DNA of 64,000 nt, from assembly GCA_950097015.1 (NCBI GenBank), contig CATNEN010000007.1, positions 7,068,001-7,132,000 of the forward strand, read 5' to 3'. Below the pieces are notes generated by a model, which saw only the letters and a list, made by a program, of their open reading frames with translations, ran no database searches and had not been told where the DNA came from. The number at the start of each line of letters is the position of its first letter. Position 1 is the stretch's first letter. The position numbers and the translations under genes were made by a program. The DNA comes from Macrostomum hystrix (lineage: Eukaryota; Animalia; Platyhelminthes). Below are positions 12,192 through 23,378 of the stretch, one piece after another.

Positions 12192-13032
12192 ATGGCCCTA
12201 GATCACATCGACAGCCAGCAGCAGCAGCCGCAGCAGCCGCCACCGCCGCCGCCAGCCGCGAAGGTGACCGTGGCCTACACCAACGAGCCGTGCCGCCGGA
12301 AGCTGCAGTTCGTGAACGGCAAGTTCGCCGCCCAGAAGCCGCAGACCAGCACCGTGCAGCGGCGCAACGAGCGCGAGCGGAACCGGGTGCGCCTCATCAA
12401 CCGGACATTCGCCACGCTGCGGGCCAGCCTGCCACCGGCGTCGGCATCAGCGGCGGCGGCGGCGGCCGCGGCGGCTGCTTCGGTGACGCCACCGACGGGT
12501 AGCAGCGCGAAGGAGCGGCGAAGGCTGAGCAAAGTGCAGGTGCTGCGGACGGCGGCCGCCTACATCGCCGAACTGGCGGCGCTGCTTCGTGCTGACAGCG
12601 CAGCCGCCTCCACCTCCGCCTCTGCAGCTTCCAATCGTTATTGCTATGGCAACAGCTGGCAGCAGCCGCAGCAACAGCGGCAGCAGCAGCAGCAGAGTCC
12701 ATCGTTTTCGCAGCCACAGATGGCACCGACCTTAAGTGGCGACATCGGCGACAGCCTCCCGGACCTCCAGCTGCTGCTGGACGATTCCGGCAATGACTCG
12801 CAGGAGAACAGAGCTGGTGAGGCTGACGACTTTGAAGACGACTGCGAGGATGAACTCGAAGACGGAGGTCGGTTCCGACTGTCCGTAGAGCCGGACTCGC
12901 CTTCCCCAATGCGGCATTGCAGCTGCGCCGCTGGAGCCAACAGCAGCAACAGCAGCAGTAGCAGCGGCGGCGGTGGCTACAGTGGAAGTACCAGCGGTTG
13001 CTATGGCAACGATGATGGCGGAATTTATGGTG
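12192..13032 (+). CDS. ascl: Achaete-scute family bHLH transcription factor, exon 1
   Basis: VQRRNERERNRVRLINRTFATLRASLP...LSKVQVLRTAAAYIAELAALL is the ASC-type bHLH, and the N-terminal CRRKLQF motif resembles ASCL proteins. Phase-1 GTGAGC donor at 13033. The unspliced ORF would run to 13268 through a tandem repeat. Confidence 0.92.
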
Positions 13033-13067
13033 GTGAGCGCCCTTTGCTTGATGGCTTTCTTTATCAG

Positions 13068-13245
13068 GATGTCAGGAGAGGCAGGGGGTGTCAGGAGAGG
13101 CAGGGGGTGTCAGGAGAGGCAGGAGGTGTCAGGAGAGGCAGGGGTGTCAGGAGAGGCAGGAGGTGTCAGGAGAGGCAGGGGGTGTCAGGAGAGGCAGGGG
13201 GTGTCAGGAGAGGCAGGGGGTGTCAGGAGAGGCAGGGGGTGTCAA
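13068..13245. repeat. About 20-bp minisatellite TGTCAGGAGAGGCAGGGGG in the ASCL intron
   Basis: Direct inspection. Confidence 0.9.
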
Positions 13246-13304
13246 GATACTCAATGGAGAGTCAATAACGTGTCACACAAATTCTCTATCATTTCTCATT
13301 GCAG

Positions 13305-13390
13305 TATCCATGGCCTTCTCGGCCCAGGAGACCTGTGGCTCCGGTGCTGCAGCTCAGAGCACCTGCTGGCAGTCATGGCCGGTGCTGTGA
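13305..13390 (+). CDS. ascl: Probable terminal exon 2 of the ASCL gene (VSMAFSAQETCGSGAAAQSTCWQSWPVL*)
   Basis: Pyrimidine-rich acceptor TTTCTCATTGCAG ends at 13304. Its phase matches the donor at 13033, the sequence is GC-rich and coding-like, and this splice removes the 13070-13245 repeat. Confidence 0.6.
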
Positions 13391-14602
13391 AGTTTCTATA
13401 AATCGCAGATTCAGTGCCAGTCATTGTACAGAATACCGGCTGTAACATTGTACAGAAGTGCGTTAGAAGATTGGTGAGTTAAAGCTTTACTTTTTTATTT
13501 AATTAAATGGAATATACATGCTTAGCTGCGAATTTTCCACTGATTTCTAACATAATTTGTATGGTTGGCATTGGCAACAAGAAGGAAAGGAAATGCCAGG
13601 TTTAATAAGTATTAGCTAGTCACTATGCGGTCAGCCAGACAATGGCTACAAATGAGGCATCGTGCCTAGTGTCGGATGCGAATGGTCAAGAAAGTAGTTA
13701 TTTATTTTTAAAATCAACTCACCCGTCCGGCCATTGTAAATCACACAGCCGCAATAAACCTGTCACGGCTATAATTGCCCCCAATCCCACAGATCGCGCA
13801 GGTGCTAATTAGGCATTAAAAACTGAAACAAAAAACTTTGTGCCAGTTCAGTTCCACCTGATAAGCCTCTCACTCGCACCTGCAAATTACAGGTATTGCG
13901 CAGTCCATGACCCAGACTGTGGCCAGACAGTAAAGGCTGCAGATCTGGTGCTGGCACGATGGAAGCGAAGACAGCTGGACAATTTACAGTTTATTTTCGC
14001 ATCCTCTTTGTTATTTAATTGTAAGATGTTTTTCTGTAAATCTCAATGGAAACTTGTTAAATAGCTCTTTATTTGTTTGTTATATAGCTGTTAAATTTGT
14101 TTTATTTTTGCTCATTTTCTGTCACATGCATACTTTTAAATGCAGTTTGTTTAAATCTGTTTTTGTTTAATTTTGTACATATCTTTTTTAGCAATGCCCA
14201 TGATAGTGTACAGTGTGACTACACTATTGACGCATACTTGATCAAGCACATTGTTGCATTACCGAACAAGCTATTTTTAATCACAATCACATGTAAATTA
14301 CACATACACATACGACTTACACCTAAATTACTGCTTTTTATGCGTATTTTATTTTTTTATTATAAATTATAATTAAGTACAGAATCAAATTAACAGAACG
14401 ACTAATTAAATCTTACTTTACTCAAAAAAAGTTACTGCATTCGATTTATAAGCAAATTACATTTTTGTAATTCATAGATTTAGCTCTTATTACCAAGGAA
14501 TAAAAAACAATTCGTCACATAAAGTGAAAATGAAAGTACACATGACTTAGATGAGCCAATGTAGAGTCAGTGGCACAACCGCAGCTAAAGCGTATAGCTG
14601 TT

Positions 14603-14960
14603 CCAGTCCATGGACTGGGAAAAGCAACGGGTGTATTTCAGACACCCAACGCCTACTTCACGATAGCTCTCAAACGAATGGCCGCTTTACCAAAAACTCC
14701 ACCATATGGATCTAAATTTACGGTGAACTAATCTGCAAAGCCGTCCAAGCCGGACAACAAACATTGTTCTGTGTGTACAACTATGGCGAATCCATAGCGG
14801 TTCAGTAGTAGAATATTTAACATAAAACTGATGTGATTCTGGAAGTTTTTTCATCGGATAGAGTGGAAAAATTTAGCTCTAGTTCTGGATTTTCAAGGTG
14901 CTTGGTTGAATATTTGGGGAGATACAGAAAAGGTAAAATGCCGGTATTTAGAAATGCAAC
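14603..14960 (+). repeat. Unclassified dispersed repeat, copy 1
   Basis: Collinear similarity to 48195-48580 (CTTCACGATAGCTCTCAA..GAATG, CCACCATATGG, GAACTAA..CAAAGCCGTCC, GTGATTCTG.AAGTT.T...GGGAGAT.CAGA). Confidence 0.65.
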
Positions 14961-17024
14961 CTGTCGACTTTCTACTGTTAAGGCAGCTGAAACTGAGCAA
15001 GCGGTGTCTGTTGGTCATGAATCCGACTCAATCACTCGCTGGACTGTTGGACGCGTGCCAATCTCCCAAGAGGTTGAGCAGCAGGTAAAGCGTGTAGCCT
15101 GGAAAATCCTACCCCCTTTAAATTCCTCGCCATTCAATTAGTCGCACTCGAGGACTATTCTTCAGCAGGTGGGTGATTGCGTCCCCACCCTCATGGCCAT
15201 TGTGTGCGGCTTCCAATCTGCAAAGCAATTGTCTCCCAGTCCGCGGTTGCCACCTTCGCTGTTGCTACTTGCTTCACTTGGCTCATTCGCTAGGTTTCAA
15301 TCTTAAAATCGAGGGGACAAGTTTCACACTCCCTTTAATTCATGGCTGCCGTAAATAGAGATTATGCAAGCTGCGATTCTGAGCGCGCTTCCACTTGGCA
15401 ACGCGAACCGAATCCCGAGGGGATGCGCGTTGCGGGTGATAAGGGAGATGGGAGAAAGGTGTCAGTATGAGAATTTTATGGCAAAAATGGACTCAAACAA
15501 AGAGAAACCCGATAAAACAAGGCTAGCTAAATTAAATTCGTTGGGCTGAACTCATTAGCAAAACACTTTTTGGCTTCAAATTATATAATGGATTTTCAGT
15601 TTTACATCTCTTTTAACGAAAAATGGCAGAAGAGAACAAATTATAAATACGAGCGTATCAACTCTCGGAACTCTAAAATAACATATTATATTTATATCTT
15701 AAAATTTCTACTCACAGTAGTAAACACTCAGCAAATGTTAAAAGCAATCGTAATTCACAAATATAAAGCTTGTTGAGAAATAATCTAGCAAATAATTAGC
15801 TCGAAACAGAATAATAGCTATGAGGGAAGAATGGTGAATTTTTCTAATAGCAGGTAAAATGCTGTTTAGATGGCTTGCCCATTTACTTTCGCTCGTATTC
15901 GCTTGCTTTTATTAAGTTGCTTGTATTAATAAAATGATTATTAGTAATCTCATTTTTGGTACGAGATCATAGCAACGAGTTCGTTTGCTTACTTCAATCA
16001 GTAAAAACTTCTTCTCTTATAAAGAGTACAAAATATTAAGCTAATATAGCTATTAAGTTTTGCAAAATGTTATAAACTTCGCGAAATTTATATAATGTTG
16101 TACTTTAGTTTATAAATTATTGACGAACGCTGCCGTAATATATAACCGAGCAAATAGTCTTAAGCTTACCTTTTGAAAAGATTACATAGTTTATCTTTAA
16201 TTTCGTTATTCAGTACGCACTTTATTCGGAATTCAGCTTTTCAATTTGTTTTAGCCCACCACGATAAAACATGTTCCACGCTTTTAAAAAGACCCACAAA
16301 ATTAAGCAGTTTACGTCATTCACAAATGTCTAAACCATAATGACTCAGTGTCAGTTTTGATAAGTTAATTTGTTAAATCTAATATCTAGCTCGTCGTTTT
16401 GTCAGGTAAACATTTTGATTACATTTTGCAATATTTTGTGCCATTATTCGATTGCGAAGTTGGAAGTATTCGAGCAGCCTTCTTTTATAGACTTGTAGGA
16501 CTTTTAGAAATAAGAAAATTATTAATGTGTTTTTGAAGCACTTTTTATATTTAACACCAAGTCAGATAAATGATTTATGCAGTTTTATCTCTAAGATAAT
16601 TTGTTGCATCTAAAACATACAACAGCACAATATACTTATATCGAATGATTATTATAGCTGGTGATTTCAATATTTTTATTTTTTACTTCGTTTTAAGGTA
16701 AAAAAAATAATTTATGTTAAATTATAACACTTTTTTCAGTTTAATCTCTTTTGTTTTTCGTATCAATAACTGTAAAATAATGCATAACATTTCTTGGCTT
16801 TTTTAAGTTATATTTTCTTTTTTCAAGATTTTTTTTCCTAAACTTTCATATATAATATGCATTCTAAATAAAGAAAGCATATATATTAAATTAAACTGAT
16901 TGTAGATCAATAATTGATCTTAATCAAAGAGTAAAACTCTAAAGAACGGATTGTTTATTTACAAACCAAAAACTGCCAATCCTCACAGAAGTTTCTACTG
17001 CAACTGCTGCAGCTGCAGTCTGAA

Positions 17025-17355
17025 ATGCACAAGGTGGCCAATAGGCGCCGACGCCAGGGGCCTCCGCCTCTGCCGCCGACGACCTCGCGTCCAGCCAGCG
17101 ACCTGGTGATGTCCGCCTCCGCCTCGTTGGCCAGTTCGATTCACCTCCGTCCAGCCGACGAGGAGGACTCGACAATGACGCCGCTATTAGCGCCCAGCGG
17201 CAGGCGGATGCTTCGCTCGGCGGACGAGTCGCAGCTGCTGCTCTGTTGCGACGGCCGCGCCGGCGATGGAGGCGGCTGCGAAGGCGAGTCTTCCTATCGC
17301 AGCGCTGAGCACACCGACATGTGGCTGCGGGCGCCGCTGGCGGTGCCGGAGCTGG
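17025..17355 (+). CDS. Candidate first coding exon of the PFTAIRE kinase
   Basis: GC-rich ORF MHKVANRRRRQ...VPEL after an AT-rich intergenic stretch. Phase-1 GTGGGT donor at 17356 is compatible with the exon at 17539. Confidence 0.55.
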
Positions 17356-17538
17356 GTGGGTTGGGCACATAGCTTGAAGAAATTTAGATTGAATGCAAAT
17401 CAGTTGTTTTGTCTGTTTGCCTTTGATGCAATTTTTCTAGGAAATGCTTAAGGAAACTAAGAAGTATTTCTATAGCTATATAAATAAGTATTAGATAATC
17501 TGTCAATAAGTTAAGTCTCCCTTCTCGTTGCATTCCAG

Positions 17539-17637
17539 TTGGTGACTGTGAGCATTCGGCTGAGCATCCGGCAGTGAATTCGTTGGGCCGCTTGAAGCAG
17601 CTGCGATCCCGGATTCGAGTCTCCATCTCCAAACTGG
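17539..17637 (+). CDS. CDK14: PFTAIRE kinase N-terminal exon
   Basis: Acceptor TTGCATTCCAG and donor GTAGGT. Encodes ...GRLKQLRSRIRVSISKL, which resembles the basic N-terminal motif (MKKLRRTLSESFSRI) of CDK14. Confidence 0.6.
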
Positions 17638-17669
17638 GTAGGTCTCTTAAAAATGTTTTATGATGATAC

Positions 17670-18355
17670 GGACAGTCTGAAGATCATGAGCCTGAGGATT
17701 AGGACAGTCTGAAGACTAGGACAGTCTGTAGATTTGGACAGTCTGTAGATTTGGACAGTCTGTAGATTTGGACACTCTGTAGATTTGTACAGTCTATAGA
17801 TGTTGAGTCTGTAGATTGGAGTCTTTAAGATTATGAGTCTATAGATAAGGAAGTCTAAAGATTTAGACCGTCTGTAGGTTAAAATATTCTGTAGATTAGG
17901 ACAGTCTGTATATTATGAGTCTGCAGATTTGGACAGTCTGTAGATTAAGACCGTCTGTAGATTCGGACAGTGTGTATATCAGGACAGTCTGTAGATGAGG
18001 AGTCTGTAGATGAGGAGTCTGTAGATGAGGAGTCTGTAGATGAGGAGTCTGTAGATGAGGAGTCTGTAGATGAGGAGTCTGTAGATAAGAAGCCTGTAGA
18101 TAAGGAGTCTGTAAATGAGGAGTCTATAGATGAGGAGTCTGTAGATGAGGAGTCTGTATATGAGGAGTCTGTATATGAGGAGTCTGTCGATGAGGAGTCT
18201 GTAGAGAGGAGTCTGTAGATGAGGAGTCTGTAGTTGAGGAGTCTGTAGTTGAGGAGTCTGTAGATGAGAAGTCTGTAGATGAGGACAGTCTTTAGATGAG
18301 GAGTCTGTAGATGAGGACAGTCTCTAGATGAGGAGTCTGTAGATTAGGACAGACT
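17670..18355. repeat. 15-17-bp minisatellite GTCTGTAGATGAGGA
   Basis: Degenerate 5' half, homogeneous 3' half. Confidence 0.9.
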
Positions 18356-19124
18356 TAAACCCTTAAAAAATAATGTAACTATTTTAACTAAAGGATCTGT
18401 GCCCATGCAACTTCATCCGCCTGCTGATGCGTCTCACTACCGGCTTCAACAATCCTCGAACAAAACGCCCCGTTTCAGCGACCCCGTCAACGGCAGCCTT
18501 CCGGCCGACACCGTCGATAGTGCTGCACGAGCCGGCCGCAGTTGGCCAGCAGTGCAAACCGGTAGGAACCCCCTCATCCCCCACACGGCCTCCCTATTAC
18601 AAGCTGTCTAAAAGTGCTTATTCTGCCGCATCCCGCGCATCCCCCGCATTTACGCACAAAATTCGATTCCTCAAATTCCCACCGCACCGCGCCATGCTTT
18701 GTCCGCGGGCGGTGGCACCCTGGCCCTCTATAATTAATATTCCTGGAGAAACGGTGCTTGAAGGTCGGCCGGACATCAGCGGGCGGGATCAAACATCCGC
18801 CAGTTTCCACCACCGGCTGCACCCGCTGTATCAAAAGCCCCGATGAATTCCTCAATCAGCAACCGGACATGACGCAGTTGCTGGAACTTGTTGGCCACTC
18901 CCCCCTTGGCCACGGCGGGGCGCCTTAGGAAAAATACCGACCGCACGCGCTGCGGTCAGCGTGAAGAGAGAGAGAGAGATGAGAGTGATTGGGAGATTGG
19001 CTAAGCATTGGTGTGATAATTAATCAGAAAACGTTAGTTCGATAAAACAAAATGCCTCCAGTAAAAGGCAAGCAGAAGCGTAACTAGGAGAGAAAAAATA
19101 AAAGTGGGAGATAAAAAAAACTAG

Positions 19125-19362
19125 GTGGAGAGAGCAGGGAAGAGAGAGTAGGGATTTGAGTAGGGGAGAGAGCAGGGAGAGAGCAGGGAGAGAGCAGGAA
19201 AGAGAGTAAGGGAGAGAGCAGGGAGAGAGCAGGGAGAGAGCAGGGAGAGAGCAGGGAGAGAGCAGGGAGAGAGCAGGGAGAGAGCAGGGAGAGAGCAGGG
19301 AGAGAGCAGGGAGAGAGCAGGGAGAGAGCAGGGAGAGAGCAGGGAGAGAGCAGGGGAGAGAG
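19125..19362. repeat. 11-bp repeat GGGAGAGAGCA
   Basis: Direct inspection. Confidence 0.9.
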
Positions 19363-20479
19363 ATTCTATGGGACAGATGGAATGCGCAAAAAGAATTCCT
19401 AGCGGTTTTGAAGATTATTTGTTATAAATTTGTTAGTTATAAATATATTTGATTTCAAGAAATCAAGAACCTGAGCGGACATAGAGTCAGAAGACTTCTA
19501 CTGGTTCTAGTAAAAAAACAAAGGGTAAATAAAAAAGCCGACTTAGTTTCAGTTTTGTAAATAAAAAAATAGTGAAAGTATATTTCGCGGGCTTCATGGT
19601 GCAGACAAAGAATCCCAGCCAAGCAGGACCAACAGTTTTACAGCCCGAAGTTTTCATTTCTTATTTGATGTCCACAGAATCCCCGCAGATCCCAACGGGA
19701 GTGGGATCGGCAGGAAATGAGAGGCTGGGGCTAGCCGGGAAATCCCCGGTCCTGGTCGCCGAGGAAGAGTCGACAGGCAAAAAAGACGGCACGGCAGATG
19801 ATGAATGGCTGCCGCGCCCCGCCTGGCAACCAGCTTTAGTTTTGTCTCGCATAAGGGTCGCAGAAAATCGGATGGTCGGCTAGGAGAAATTAGTTAGACA
19901 ATGGCGAGTGCGCAGTTATTGCTGCGCAGTTTCCGGACAGAGCAGAGCCATTTTTAGCACCACAAGAAGCTGGCACTGATAACTGGAATGTTTAAATGGT
20001 TTTTTAATCGGCTGCAAACTGAAATCCCTGATCGTGTCAGACTGGAGGAAAGTAAAATCCCAGAGAAATTGAAACGGAATTTCATTAGCCCGAATTCATT
20101 GGCATGCCTGGAAAAGCTAGCGAATCGAATCGAATTCCGAGGCGGCGGTTACCCACGGGAATTTTCCCCCAGCCAAACTGTCTCGCAGCGTTTGTCCATT
20201 TTATGATCCTCCTGCAGAATGGGGTCGGGGATCAGGTCCCTCTTCAAGAAATCTTGTCCCGCCCAGCCGAGCGAGTCGTAATTAAGCCAATTCCTCCTCC
20301 GACTACTTTTCCCCGCCCGGCCGACGTTTATTCGTGTTGAAGTGCGCGACTGACCCCCCCACCCACCCCCAGCGACGCAATGGGAGCAGCCGCCGCGATG
20401 GCTTTCAGTGGAGCCCGAGTCTCCGCCCAACCGCCGCCGCCGTCTCCGACTCCCCCCCAGGGGGGCCTCGCCGGTGGAG

Positions 20480-20522
20480 ATGGACGGCAACAGTTACCGG
20501 GATAAAATAAGGTGGCGGATTA
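20480..20522 (+). CDS. Candidate alternative N-terminal exon of the PFTAIRE kinase (MDGNSYRDKIRWRI)
   Basis: ATG in a GC-rich island, phase-1 GTAAGG donor at 20523, in frame with the exon at 23061. It could instead start at an acceptor at 20409. Confidence 0.35.
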
Positions 20523-21184
20523 GTAAGGGGGCGGTGGGCGCACTGAGGTTGAAGGGTCGCCGGCCTCCGCCCCTTCTTCACTCGAGCCGCAGGCCCTTGG
20601 ACACACAGAGACACACAGGCGCATGCGGATCACTCGGCATTTGCATTTTAGCGAATGCGGCACCGCAGAAGCTGTGGCCCACCCACCCCAAATGTGGCCA
20701 ACCCCACCGCCTGCTGGCATCCCCTTGGGGGGATCTGATGCTGACAGTTGCGGCGCTGGCCGGTAGGATGGGGAAATGGGATTAGCGCATAGTACACGAA
20801 CTCTTCGGGGTGCTGGTGGGTGGGGGACGGCAGCTGAAAGAAGACACTGGCCAGTCGCGTGTAGCACTTTTCTGCACAGAGGCAATTCAATTTCAAAGGC
20901 GTTTTTTAGTCACCGTGGCCCACCGGCTGTTTGTGTGCACCGCTTGTGTTTTGCATGTTCAATTTTGTAAACCTGAACATGTGCTGTTTACACTGCCTAA
21001 GAGCTCTGCGAATCTTTTTCTGCTGCGGTCTGCTGGGCCTGAGGACGGGGTGTTGATAAGGTTGATAAGGCCGGCTGAGATCCCTTTAGTGACACAAAGA
21101 AGGGCGAGGAGATCTGTTCGGCATCAGCTAGCTAGCTAACGTTTCCGTTCGATTCTGGATCCTGTTTTACATATGGGACGATAC

Positions 21185-22362
21185 TAGCTTCGATACCTTC
21201 TTGCTTCAATTCTAGCTTCGATTCCTTCTTGCTTCAATTCTAGCTTCGATTCCTTCTTGCTTCAATTCTAGCTTCGATTCCTTCTTGCTTCAATTCTAGC
21301 TTCGATTCCTTCTTGCTTCAATTCTAGCTTCGATTCCTTCTTGCTTCAATTCTAGCTTCGATTCCTACTTGCTTCAATTCTAGCTTCGATTCCTTCTTGC
21401 TTCAATTCTAGCTTCGATTCCTTCTTGCTTCAATTCTAGCTTCGATTCCTTCTTGCTTCAATTCTAGCTTCGATTCCTTCTTGCTTCAATTCTAGCTTCG
21501 ATTCCTTCCTGCTTCAATTATAACTTCGGTTCCTTCTTGCTTCAATTCTAGCTTCGATTCCTTCTTGCTTTTAGTTCTAGCTTCGATTGTTTCTTGCTTT
21601 TAGTTCTAGCTTCGATTCCTTCTTGCTTCAATTCTAGCTTCGATTCCTTCTTGCTTCAATTCTAGCTTCGATTCCTTCTTGCTTCAATTCTAGCTTCGAT
21701 TCTTACTTGCTTCAATTCTAGCTTCGATTCCTTCTTGCTTCTATTCTAGCTTCGATTCCTTCCTGCTTCAATTATAACTTCGGTTCCTTCTTGCTTCAAT
21801 TCTAGCTTCGATTCCTTCCTGCTTCAATTATAACTTCGGTTCCTTCTTGCTTCAATTCTAGCTTCGATTCCTTCTTGCTTTTAGTTCTAGCTTCGATTGT
21901 TTCTTGCTTTTAGTTCTAGCTTCGATTCCTTCTTGCTTCAATTCTAGCTTCGATTCCTACTTGCTTCAATTCTAGCTTCGATTCCTTCTTGCTTCAATTC
22001 TAGCATTGATTCCTTCTTGCTTCAATTCTAGCTTCGATTCCTTCTTGCTTTTAGTTCTAGCTTCGATTGTTTCTTGCTTTTAGTTCTAGCTTCGATTCCT
22101 ACTTGCTGCAATTCAGGCTTCGATTCCTTTTTTGGTTCGAATCGAGCTTTGATTCATTCTTTGACAAAAATCTAGCTTCGATTCCTTTTTGGTATCAATC
22201 TAGCTTCGATTCCTTTTTGGTATCAATCTAGCTTCGATTCCTTTTTGGTATCAATCTAGCTTCGATTCCTTCTTGTTATAAATGTAGCTTCGATTCCTTC
22301 TTGTTATAAATGTAGCTTCGATTCCTCCTTTGTAAAATTCTAGCTTCGATTCCTTCTTGCTT
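21185..22362. repeat. 28-bp minisatellite TAGCTTCGATTCCTTCTTGCTTCAATTC
   Basis: Direct inspection. Confidence 0.95.
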
Positions 22363-23060
22363 TAGTCTTAGCAGTTTTACTTTCTTAAATTCAAACAAAC
22401 ATCTAACAATATGTTTGTTAATATGGTTGTTTATATGTTAATCTGATAACTAAAAAACTGAATTACTGCTCAGTTTATCGATGGCAACTCGCTGAGCACT
22501 CGGAGTCAGTCAGCTGATCGGAGCTCCAGCCATCGGGTCGGCGACGACTTCGCTAGCGGAGCGGGCAGCGGAGGCGGAAGGCAACAGCAGCTTCTGCGAC
22601 TTCGAATAAGTGAGTTGGCTCCTTTGTCCCGCCCCAGCGCATTGCCAGCGCAGCTTGTCTTATAGGGCTCTTTAATGTCAAGTCAACAAGATCAAAGTTG
22701 ATCACCTGATTGAAAAAAGGCGAGTGGAAAAATATTTTCTATCATCTCCGGTTTCTCACCTGACTTTCTAGCCTTCATCTGCTAGTTGTGCAGTTGTTGC
22801 TCCAACTGTCTGCGAGTTTCCGCCTCAAAGGAGCACGGAAGAAAATGTACTTTATTGCGAGAATCATCAAGTCATTCAAATGTTGGATCTAGCAACCCAT
22901 TCTAACCAGTAGCACAAATTCGTCCGTGGACTAGTCTAGCAATCCACCAAATGCTGCTTTTAAAAGTGCATCTGCACTTTTGCCGAAAACTTTTATACCT
23001 CTCCTCTCCTCTCCTCTCCTCTCCTCTCCTCTCCTCTCCTCTCCTCGCTCGTTGCTCCAG

Positions 23061-23352
23061 CCTTCGCTCGCCTCGGCCAGCCGCTTCGTCGACATCGTTC
23101 GGCTGGCAGCGTGGCTGCCGCCGCTATCTCCACAGTTGCCGACGGCAGCTCCGGTCACGTCAACGAAGTCGCAGCTTCCGGCGCATCGTCAACCTCCGAG
23201 TCGCGCCAAGATGCCGTCAGGCGCCCGCGCTCCTCCACGAGCTGCCGAATCAACGGCGGCGAAGAATGCGGCTTTGGTCGCTCCGACTCCTATCAGAGGC
23301 TGGAGGTACTGGGAGAAGGCAGCTATGCGACCGTCTACAAAGGCGTCTCACG
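23061..23352 (+). CDS. CDK14: PFTAIRE kinase exon (subdomain I)
   Basis: Ends GFGRSDSYQRLEVLGEGSYATVYKGVS(R). Acceptor follows a (CTCCT)n tract; phase-2 GTGGGC donor. Confidence 0.88.
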
Positions 23353-23378
23353 GTGGGCGAATTGCGAAAGAATTCACC

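Noticed and set aside
18384-18960. GC-rich overlapping ORFs inside the CDK14 5' region
   Set aside because: No recognisable motif and no convincing phase-compatible splice pair; may be regulatory.
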